From Longimicrobiales bacterium (lineage in GTDB: Bacteria; Gemmatimonadota; Gemmatimonadetes; Longimicrobiales; Gaopeijiaceae), in the NCBI GenBank assembly GCA_965248195.1, contig CBDFIQ010000002.1, positions 2,784,001 through 2,848,000 on the forward strand: DNA of 64,000 nt, written 5' to 3'. The notes under the pieces are model-generated. The model saw nothing but the letters and a program-made list of their open reading frames with translations, was not told the origin of the DNA and did no database searches. The stretch's first letter is position 1. The number at the start of each line of letters is the position of its first letter. Of this stretch, positions 41,573 through 49,648 are shown in pieces. The translations under genes were made by a program, and so were the position numbers.

Positions 41573-42049
41573 ATGCTACTACCTCTCTTCGAGTGGTTGG
41601 ATGGCCTTCGGGTCGGCGACTGGATCAGTACTTCATCATATGCTGCGCCGCTGATCAACGTGATGCACATTCTGGCGCTGGTCATCCTGTTCGGCTCGCT
41701 GCTCATCGTCGACGTGAGGCTGCTCGGGCGCGGGATGACGCAGCAGCCGGTGGCGAGAGTCGCGAGAGATGCGCGTCCGTGGCTGATCGGAGCACTCATC
41801 TGCATGCTGCTCACCGGCATTCCGCAGGTCCTGTCCCTCCCCATCAGAGAGTATTACAGCCCGTTCTTCTGGCTGAAGATGCGGCTCCTTCTGGTCACGT
41901 TGATCTTCACTTTCACGCTCCGACACAAGGTGACCATGGCGGACGAGGCGAGGGTGGGGCCGGTCTGGGGCAAGGTCGTGGGGCTCGTGTCCATAGGCCT
42001 CTGGACGTGGATAGCCGTGGAAGGGCGCTTGATCGGACTGCTCTCGTAA
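41573..42049 (+). CDS. DUF6644-like four-TM membrane protein, tandem paralog
   Basis: MHIL, DVRLLG, FWLKM, SIGLW…GRLIG. Confidence 0.75.
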   Translation: MLLPLFEWLDGLRVGDWISTSSYAAPLINVMHILALVILFGSLLIVDVRLLGRGMTQQPVARVARDARPWLIGALICMLLTGIPQVLSLPIREYYSPFFWLKMRLLLVTLIFTFTLRHKVTMADEARVGPVWGKVVGLVSIGLWTWIAVEGRLIGLLS

Positions 42050-42134
42050 CGGGTGCTCGCGGTCTCGTACCTCGTCACTACTCCAGCCCGAACACAAGGC
42101 GCAGCGCCAACACACCGTTTGGGGGGAGACAGAA

Positions 42135-43910
42135 ATGACGTGGGAAATCGCGTTCGTGCTGGGCCTGACGGTCTGTGCGGTGGTTCTGTTCGTCACCGAG
42201 AAGTTCTCCACCGACATCGTGGCGATTCTCGTCATGATCGTGCTGCTCGTCTTCCGTGTGCTCACGCCTGCGGAGGGGCTGGCTGGATTCGCCAACACCG
42301 CCACCGTCACGGTCGGCGCGATGTTCGTGCTCAGCGCCGGGATGTTCCGGAGCGGCGCGGTGAACTTCGTCGGCAAAGCGCTCGAGAGATTGGCGCGGCG
42401 CAGCTCGGGGCTGATGCTGTTCGTGCTGATGGTGGGTGTCGGCGTGTTGTCGTCGTTCCTGAACAATACCGCCGCGGTGGCGATCCTGATCCCCGTCGTG
42501 ATCGTCGTCGCGCGGCGAGCGGATACCAGCCCCTCGAAGCTGCTGATGCCTCTCTCCTTCGCTTCCATGTTCGGCGGCATGTGCACGGTGCTCGGCACGT
42601 CGACCAACATCCTGGCGAGCTCGATCGCCGAGCAGGCAGGCCTCCAGGCCTTCGGCATGTTCGAGTTCACCAAGCTGGGCGTGATTTTCTTCGCCGTCGG
42701 CCTCGCCTACATGATGACCCTGGGCAGAAGGCTCGTTCCCGACCACCGCGGGCAAGGCGATTTGACGACGAGCTTCGGTTTGGGCGACTACCTGACCGAC
42801 CTCGTATTACAAACCGAATCGAAGTCGGTCGGCCATTCGCTGGCATCGGCGCCGCTGGTGAAAGAGCTCAACATCGACGTTCTCCAGATCCTACGGGGCG
42901 AGGACACTCTGCGGCCGACTCCCGAGACCATCCTTCGCGAAGGCGACGTGCTTCGCATCCAAGGCAATCTGCGCACGATCAACGAGCTGAAGGGCCGCGC
43001 CGGAGTGACCTTCGGAATGAGTATGAAGTGGCGGGACGAGCATCTTCAATCCACCGATACCAGACTGGTCGAGGCCGTGGTGGGGCCCAGCTCACCGCTG
43101 GCCGGGAAGTCCCTCGCCGAGTCGCGTCTACGAGCAAACTACGGAGCCTCGGTGCTCGCGATCCGGCAGCACGGAACGCTCAGGCATGGCCAGTTCGAGA
43201 ACATCACGCTGATGCCGGGTGACGCGCTGCTCATCGACGTGCCGAACGACCAGATCGAGCATCTCACCCAGCAGCGTGTGTTTTTGGTGGTGTCCAGAGC
43301 CGGGATCCCCCGTTTCGACTGGTCCAAGGCGAGCAAGGCGGTCGCAATCGTGGTCGCGGTCGTCGTGGTCGCGGCAACAGGGCTACTGCCGATCGTGGCT
43401 GCCGCAGCCACCGGCGCCTTGATGATGGTGCTGAGCGGCTGCGTCTCGACGGAGGAGGCCTACGGGGCGATCGAGTGGAACGTGCTCTTCCTGCTAGCGG
43501 GCATGCTTTCGCTGGGCGCCGCCATGGAAAAGACTGGGGCTTCGACGATGCTGGCGGACGGGATGATCGACGGCGTGGGAGCGCTCGGTCCACTCGCGCT
43601 GCTGGCTGCGTTCTTCGGCGCCACCATGCTGCTGACGGAAGTGATGTCGAACAACGCCACCGTGGCGCTGCTACTCCCGATCGCGATCACCACCGCGCAA
43701 GCGATCGACGTAGACCCGCGTGCCTTCATGTTCGCCGTCGTTTTTGCGGCTTCGTCGAGCTTCATGACGCCGGTCGGCTATCAGACCAACGCGATGATCT
43801 ATGGGCCGGGCCAGTACCGGTTCAAGGACTTCGCTCGTGTGGGCGCCCCGCTCAACCTCATATTCTGGGTCCTGGGCACGCTCTTGATCCCCTGGTTCTG
43901 GCCTCTCTGA
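42135..43910 (+). CDS. SLC13/CitT-family permease with two TrkA-C domains
   Basis: FLNNTAAV, PSKLLMPLSF, LGTSTNI, central TrkA-C repeats, MSNNATV, FMTPVGYQTN. Confidence 0.92.
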   Translation: MTWEIAFVLGLTVCAVVLFVTEKFSTDIVAILVMIVLLVFRVLTPAEGLAGFANTATVTVGAMFVLSAGMFRSGAVNFVGKALERLARRSSGLMLFVLMVGVGVLSSFLNNTAAVAILIPVVIVVARRADTSPSKLLMPLSFASMFGGMCTVLGTSTNILASSIAEQAGLQAFGMFEFTKLGVIFFAVGLAYMMTLGRRLVPDHRGQGDLTTSFGLGDYLTDLVLQTESKSVGHSLASAPLVKELNIDVLQILRGEDTLRPTPETILREGDVLRIQGNLRTINELKGRAGVTFGMSMKWRDEHLQSTDTRLVEAVVGPSSPLAGKSLAESRLRANYGASVLAIRQHGTLRHGQFENITLMPGDALLIDVPNDQIEHLTQQRVFLVVSRAGIPRFDWSKASKAVAIVVAVVVVAATGLLPIVAAAATGALMMVLSGCVSTEEAYGAIEWNVLFLLAGMLSLGAAMEKTGASTMLADGMIDGVGALGPLALLAAFFGATMLLTEVMSNNATVALLLPIAITTAQAIDVDPRAFMFAVVFAASSSFMTPVGYQTNAMIYGPGQYRFKDFARVGAPLNLIFWVLGTLLIPWFWPL

Positions 43911-44015
43911 GCGAAACCGCCATGCGCGACATCGCCGAGCTCCAGGAAGAGGAGGACAAGGGTTCGTTCAACTACAGCGGCTCAACCGGGCCCAGGGCCG
44001 CCAGGCTCTCTCGGT

Positions 44016-45059
44016 CTACCTCGGCTCACCCCGATTCTGCGAACCCAGACGTTCCTGATAGCGCGCACCGCTCAGTATGCCCTCGAGAGAGTAGTTCCCC
44101 TCATGACAGGCGTACTCGTAGAGCTCACCGTGAAGTGCTCTCATCGGGATCTCGCCCCCCCACGGCTCGGTGTATGTCGTCGGGTCGTCGATCGTGAACT
44201 CGTACAGGATGGTCTCCTGGTCGACCCTGGTGAACCGCTCGATAACCTTCAGATCCTTCGAGGGTCGAATTCCGCGGAACGTATGAAGGGGATACATATT
44301 GGTCGTCTCGACCACGAGCGCATCACCCTCCCACCGACCCCAAGAGTCGCCCATCCACGGCCTGATGTGATCGGGCAACCGCGGGCCTGATCCGATCCGG
44401 ATGATCCGAGCGTCGTGGACCACCTCCGCGTGGATCACCACGTACTCCGCCGTTTGGACGATCGTGTAGTTGTTGTTGTAGGCGCCGTTGGGGACCACCG
44501 GCGGGCCGACGTTCGAGCCGAACATGAGGCACCGCACCGTCAGCGAGAGATTCTCCGGGTGGTCGGCCTCGCCGAATTGGCGGCGGAACTCCGTGCGCTC
44601 CTGGCGCAGTCGCTCGGCCTCGGGCGTGAGGGGCGGCCTGCGGCCGTTCAGCGGATTCGTGATCAGCGAGCTCCTGGGCTCTCCGTTGACGACCGCCACC
44701 CGTAGACCCCGCTCGAAATAGACGCTGTTGTAACTACCGATATCGCCGCCCGCGCTCAGTGGTGGGCGGTCCGGGTCGCTCGGCTGGGCACCGCTGATGA
44801 CTCGGTCAACCGCGCGTTGTTCGCGTTGGGCGACCTCATCGGCGGTGAAGACCGGGCCTTGGCCCTCTGCACGTTCGAACGGTGTGAGCGTGCCGTTGTT
44901 CCAGTTCCCCTGGAGGTCCGGATGGCCATCGGGCGTCCGAGGCACGACCCACTCCTCCGAGGATCTGGACGCGGCCTGCGCCGCCGACAACGAGATGGGA
45001 CCGGCGACTACGGTCGCTGCACAAAGAGCTAGAAGCGAGGCACGATAACACATAATCAC
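44016..45059 (-). CDS. Exported 'PDLQGxW...ACHEGNY' family protein, copy 3
   Basis: WVVPRTPDGHPDLQGNW, VRCLMFG, YNNNY, YEYACHEGNYSLEGILSGARYQERL. Confidence 0.85.
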   Translation of the reverse strand: MIMCYRASLLALCAATVVAGPISLSAAQAASRSSEEWVVPRTPDGHPDLQGNWNNGTLTPFERAEGQGPVFTADEVAQREQRAVDRVISGAQPSDPDRPPLSAGGDIGSYNSVYFERGLRVAVVNGEPRSSLITNPLNGRRPPLTPEAERLRQERTEFRRQFGEADHPENLSLTVRCLMFGSNVGPPVVPNGAYNNNYTIVQTAEYVVIHAEVVHDARIIRIGSGPRLPDHIRPWMGDSWGRWEGDALVVETTNMYPLHTFRGIRPSKDLKVIERFTRVDQETILYEFTIDDPTTYTEPWGGEIPMRALHGELYEYACHEGNYSLEGILSGARYQERLGSQNRGEPR

Positions 45060-45097
45060 CTTCCCCCTTCGAAGAGCTCAACACTACCCCTGGGAAT

Positions 45098-46170
45098 TCA
45101 CCTCCGCTCAGACGTTGCTTCGGCCTCCAAGCGTTCTTGACGTTCTTGATAGCGCGCACCGCTCAGTATGCCGCCATTGAGTAATTCCCCTCGTGACAGG
45201 CGTACTCGTATAGCTGGTCGTGCAGCGCCTTCATCGGGACCTCGCCCCCCCAGGGCTCGGCATACGTCGTCGGGTCGTCGATCTCGAACTCGTACAGGAT
45301 GGTTTCCTGGTCGACCCGGCTGAACCGCTCTATCACTTTCAGATTGTCGGAGGAGCCTTCACGGAAGCGCTGCATGGGATTGATGTTGGTGGTCTCGACC
45401 ACGAGCACATCACCCTCCCAGTGGCCCCAGGAGTCACCCATCCAGGGACGTATGTGGGCGGGCAGCCGTGGGCCGTCGCCAATCCGAATGATCCGAGTGT
45501 CATGCACCATCTCCGACATGATCATCAGGTGGTCGGCGGTCTGCACGATCGTGTAGTTGTTGTTGTACCATCCGTTGGGGAGCATCGGGGGACCGGCGGA
45601 CACGACCCACATGAAGCACCGTTCGCCGAGCGGTCGAAGCTCCACGTGGTCGTACGGCCCGAATTGGCTCCTGAGCGCCTTGTACTCCTCGAGCCGCTGC
45701 TCGGCCTCAGGCGTCCGGGGAGGCACGCGGCCGTCCGAAGGAAACGTGATGAGCGAGCTTCTGGGCTCACCATTCACGATGGCCACCCGTTCGCCCGGGT
45801 CGATATAGACCGAGTTGTAACACGTCCTCGGTCCATCGATACAAACCGGGTCAGTCCCGCCCGCCTGCGGCGGCGCGCGGTTGGGGTCGCTCGGCTGGGT
45901 GGTCGCGAACACGTCGTCTGCCTGCCCCTGCTCGATGCTGGCGACCTCTTCCGGGGTGAGAATGAGACCCTGACCACTCGGGCGTTGGAGTGGCGTGAGC
46001 GTCACGTTGGTCCAGTTACCCTGGAGGTCTGGGCGGCCATCAGGCGTCCGGGGCAGCACCCAGTCCCCGACAGCACTGTCCTCGGTCTGCGCCGCCTGCA
46101 AGGCGACAGGGCTCGCAACCAGGGTCGCTGCGCAAATGGTCAGCAGCGAGGAACGATAACGCATAATCAC
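45098..46170 (-). CDS. Exported 'PDLQGxW...ACHEGNY' family protein, copy 4; frameshift at about 45172 near the 3' end
   Basis: The annotated frame ends YSMAAY*. Adding one G restores MAGILSGARYQERQERLEAEATSERR*, matching the paralogs. Confidence 0.82.
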
Positions 46171-46216
46171 CCTCCCGTTCGGATTCACCCCCGGCTCAGT
46201 CGCGGGCTCCGCTCGC

Positions 46217-46281
46217 TTACATGCGCTCCTGATAGCGCGCACCGCCCAGCACGTTGCCGAGGGCGTAGTTCCCCTCGTGGC
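46217..46281 (-). pseudogene. 3'-terminal remnant of a fifth 'ACHEGNY' family gene
   Basis: The minus strand reads HEGNYALGNVLGGARYQERM*, directly preceded by an RBS-like GGGAGG; the rest of the gene is absent. Confidence 0.85.
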
Positions 46282-46303
46282 TTACCTCCCGCGGGTTAGC
46301 CCG

Positions 46304-46765
46304 TCAGCATCTCCCGCCGCCCGCGAGGGACCTGCTCTCGGCACCGTCCTCCGGGGCGCCGGTACCTGACGAGCCCAAGAAGAACTTCCTGCCGTCGGTG
46401 AACGTGACGTCGCGGCCATTGGCCCGAGGAAGGGAGTGATCCTTCGCCTGATACCCGTCGACGATCAGCTCGGAGCCGATCGGCAGGCACTCCCGGCGGA
46501 GTCCGCGGCGCTGAAGCACGTTCGGCGTGCCTCCCTCGACCATCCACACCTGCGTCGAACCGTCATCATTTTCTACCTCGATGTGAATCCACGAATGCGG
46601 ATTCACCCACTCGACCCTCACGATGGTGCCTTCGAGGCGAATCGGGGCATCCGCGTCGAACTCCGCCCCGAACGCGTGGTGGGCTACTGCGGGGGCCGCA
46701 TACGCCAAAAGGGCGACCGCCCCCAACGTCAAAGTCGCGTAGATCAATCTTCTTGCTCTCATCAT
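46304..46765 (-). CDS. DUF6152-like exported protein
   Basis: Signal peptide ending AVA, then HHAFGAEFD; EWVNPHSWI, WMVEGG.PN.L.R.G. Confidence 0.8.
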   Translation of the reverse strand: MMRARRLIYATLTLGAVALLAYAAPAVAHHAFGAEFDADAPIRLEGTIVRVEWVNPHSWIHIEVENDDGSTQVWMVEGGTPNVLQRRGLRRECLPIGSELIVDGYQAKDHSLPRANGRDVTFTDGRKFFLGSSGTGAPEDGAESRSLAGGGRC

Positions 46766-46903
46766 TCTTCCCCTCGGTTCAGTCCGGGCTTCCTTCGGCT
46801 TCCACTCGCTCTTGATACCGCGTCCCACTCGAAAAGTTGGTCATCCATCGCCTTCATCGGAGTCTCGGCTCATCTTCTGTCCTCTTCTGAGTCGACCAAC
46901 GTC

Positions 46904-47761
46904 CTACGGTACTCTACGGTACTGCCCATACAGGAGCTCCTCGACGAACTCCACGCACTTGAATACGCCGATCCGCGCGCCCTCCTCGATATTCTTGTAC
47001 AACGGCAGCCGGATCGTCCACGGGCGCGAGAAGGTGCTGGGGTCCTCCAACGTTGCTTCGTACAGGATGTGGTAGGGGCTCGTCATCGTGTATCGTTCCA
47101 CGACCCTCAGCTGATAACTCGCGTGGTTTCCGGAACGGTCGAACCAGGCCTGACCGGTGAATCCGATCGCTTCGACCACGAACGTGTCACCCTCCCAATG
47201 GCCGACGGATTGGCCCATCCAGGAGTCCACCTGCGGGGCCCCCGGATCTTCGAGATAGATGTTGCGGTCCGCGCCCGCAAATTCATACGTGATGAAGAAT
47301 GCGCTCTCACTCTGAAAGATCTGGAACGGGAAGGGCATGTATGTGGCGCGTGGGACCCCAGGGAGGTAGCACTTGACCGCAGGGTCCCGGGTGACCCAGT
47401 CCTCCCGGTTCGCTTCCCTGATCGCGAGCGCCGCGGGTAGATAGGGAATCTCGCCGCCTTCGACGATGCCCATCCCCGGCGGCACAGCCCCAAGCGCACC
47501 AAAAGCGACCACCTCCTCAGCAGGCACGGGAACCACCGGGCCCGGGACCATCTGAAGCGCGGCACGTGCCTGGTGCGGCTCGATGTCCCAATGGGCATTA
47601 CCGAGCGCCTGCCAGATGCCGTTCAGGTCCGGCCTCCCGGACGCGGTCCTGGGGATGTCCGAACTCTGGGCCTGTGCGTAAACGGGCATGAGGGCTACCG
47701 CAAGCAGGCCGAGGACGACCGTTCCGACGGCAAACCTCAGTGATCTGACCACGCTCGACAT
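46904..47761 (-). CDS. Exported protein distantly related to the 'PDLQGxW' family
   Basis: PRTASGRPDLNGIWQ, KCYLPGVPR, WMGQSVGHWEGDT, VVERY, DPSTFSRPW, FKC. Confidence 0.8.
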   Translation of the reverse strand: MSSVVRSLRFAVGTVVLGLLAVALMPVYAQAQSSDIPRTASGRPDLNGIWQALGNAHWDIEPHQARAALQMVPGPVVPVPAEEVVAFGALGAVPPGMGIVEGGEIPYLPAALAIREANREDWVTRDPAVKCYLPGVPRATYMPFPFQIFQSESAFFITYEFAGADRNIYLEDPGAPQVDSWMGQSVGHWEGDTFVVEAIGFTGQAWFDRSGNHASYQLRVVERYTMTSPYHILYEATLEDPSTFSRPWTIRLPLYKNIEEGARIGVFKCVEFVEELLYGQYRRVP

Positions 47762-47986
47762 GGCTCAACGCTCCCGGTTCTCGTGGGACTCCAGCCCATT
47801 TGGACTGTAACCCATGATTATATCGCGCTTAACCATCACCGGCTAGTTGGAAGCGGAGCCCGCAGCGGTTGCGGCCAATCCGGCCGGAGTCATTGCACAT
47901 TGATCAGCCAACCCATACGTACATACTCAACTTCGCCTACTCATTCGACGGCCCTTCTTTTCACCCTGGTTCATGGAGTCCGGATT

Positions 47987-48406
47987 ATGAGCGAAAGAAT
48001 GAAGCCGATCCTTGGCGCACTGGTCACCGCGTACATCGTTTTCTTCCTGGGTGTCACGTACTTCTTCGGTCCCATCTCGGCGAATGACGTACCGGCCGGA
48101 CCCATGATGCCGGCCTGGGCGTCCTTGGCCGTCGGGTCCGTTTTCCTCATTTTGCTCTACGATTGGGTGAACGTTTCCGTGGGAAGTCCGATCCGCTCGG
48201 GCTTGATCGTCGCCCTTTCGCAGATTGTTCTGGTGGACGTCTTCTATGTATTGAACGGCACACGTGGGATCGCCGCAGGCGCAGCGAGCGCTGCCCTCCT
48301 GATCGTCGGATGGACAGTGGTCGGGTTCGTCTACGGTAAGCTTTCGGGAGGGGCGCCAGCTGGTGCCGGGGCAGAGACGGCTGGTGTAACGGAGGGGGGG
48401 ATGTAG
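47987..48406 (+). CDS. Small four-TM membrane protein
   Basis: Four hydrophobic segments; GGAG RBS upstream. Confidence 0.7.
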   Translation: MSERMKPILGALVTAYIVFFLGVTYFFGPISANDVPAGPMMPAWASLAVGSVFLILLYDWVNVSVGSPIRSGLIVALSQIVLVDVFYVLNGTRGIAAGAASAALLIVGWTVVGFVYGKLSGGAPAGAGAETAGVTEGGM

Positions 48407-48532
48407 GAAGCTACTGATCGACGTGTGATGGGCCTCCACACCGGAGTCGGGCGAAGCTCAGAGGGGCTCCGCAGTGGTAAGATCACTGCGGGGCCCCTCT
48501 CGGGTCCGGGAGCCTTCGACGTCACCCCGCAC

Positions 48533-48562
48533 TTGACCTCACCGCGCTCCCGTACTTAACGT
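48533..48562 (+). promoter_or_regulatory. Putative sigma70 promoter of the his operon
   Basis: TTGACC (48533-48538), 18-bp spacer, TAACGT (48557-48562). The predicted +1 falls at or near the leader ATG (48569). Confidence 0.5.
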
Positions 48563-48568
48563 ATTCCC

Positions 48569-48652
48569 ATGAACACTTCGATTCGACATCATCGGCACCA
48601 CCATCACCATCCGCTCCCCGAGCGGCTGGCTGGGGCTGTGCCACTGAGTTGA
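48569..48652 (+). CDS. hisL: his operon leader peptide MNTSIRHHRHHHHHPLPERLAGAVPLS
   Basis: 27-codon ORF, too short for the ORF track, with 7 His codons in an 8-codon stretch. It lies directly upstream of a terminator and hisG. Confidence 0.9.
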   Translation: MNTSIRHHRHHHHHPLPERLAGAVPLS

Positions 48653-48680
48653 AGATCGTCTGACGACCTGAGCGCACCTT

Positions 48681-48712
48681 ACGCCGGCCTCCGAGGTCGG
48701 CGTTTTTCGTTT
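48681..48712 (+). terminator. Attenuator intrinsic terminator of the his leader
   Basis: Stem ACGCCGGCCT / AGGTCGGCGT (10 bp, one G-U pair), loop CCG, followed by TTTTCGTTT. Confidence 0.85.
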
Positions 48713-48754
48713 ATGCCCTCCTCGGAGTTCCGGCGCACATTACGGAGCTCCTTC

Positions 48755-49648
48755 ATGAACCGAGACAACAAAACCCGAGACGATGCGGGCGCGGATACGC
48801 TCCGTCTCGCCCTACCCAAGGGCCGCATGCAGGATGCGGTGCTCGCGCTGCTGGCCGACGCCGGCATCCGTGTAACCCCCACGGCCCGTGGATACCGCCC
48901 CACGGTGTCCCTTCCCGACTGCGAGGCGAAGATCCTCAAGCACCAGAACATCGTCGAGATGCTGGAGCTCGGGAGCCGGGACGTGGGATTCGCCGGAGCC
49001 GATTGGGTCGAGGAGTTGGATGCCGAGGTCGTGGAAATCTTGGATACGGGGCTCGACCCCGTGAGGGTGGTGGCGGCGGCGCCCACGGGCCTCTTCGACC
49101 GACTCGACGAGCTCGGACGGCCGCTCGTGGTCGCATCCGAGTACGAAACGCTCACCAGGGCGTGGATCGCACGGCGAGGCCTCGACGCGGAATTCGTGTG
49201 TTCCTTTGGCGCGACTGAAGTTTTTCCACCCGAGGACGCCGACGTCATCGTCGACAACACGGCGACCGGCAGCACGCTCCGGGCGAACGACCTCGAGATC
49301 GTCGACACGGTGATCACTTCCTCGACGCGGCTGTACGCGAGTCCCCAGGCCATGGAGCACGATGTGAAGCGGGAGCGAATCGAGGATCTGAGCCTGCTTC
49401 TCAGGAGCGTGCTCGACGCTCGAAAGCGGGTCATGATCGAAGTGAACGCCCCCGAGGGCTGTCTCAACGAAGTCGTATCGCTACTGCCGTGTATGCGCGA
49501 GGCCACCGTTTCTCCGCTCTTCGGAAACAGTGGATACGCGGTCAAGGCAGCCGTATTGCGGGATGAGCTTCCCGAGATCATCCCTGCCGTCAAAGCCGCA
49601 GGCGCAACCGATGTGGCGGTCATGTCGATCTCGCAGATCGTCCCATGA
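48755..49648 (+). CDS. hisG: ATP phosphoribosyltransferase, long form
   Basis: LALPKGRM, DVGFAGADW, FGATE, DVIVDNTATGSTLRANDL, C-terminal regulatory domain. Confidence 0.95.
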   Translation: MNRDNKTRDDAGADTLRLALPKGRMQDAVLALLADAGIRVTPTARGYRPTVSLPDCEAKILKHQNIVEMLELGSRDVGFAGADWVEELDAEVVEILDTGLDPVRVVAAAPTGLFDRLDELGRPLVVASEYETLTRAWIARRGLDAEFVCSFGATEVFPPEDADVIVDNTATGSTLRANDLEIVDTVITSSTRLYASPQAMEHDVKRERIEDLSLLLRSVLDARKRVMIEVNAPEGCLNEVVSLLPCMREATVSPLFGNSGYAVKAAVLRDELPEIIPAVKAAGATDVAVMSISQIVP

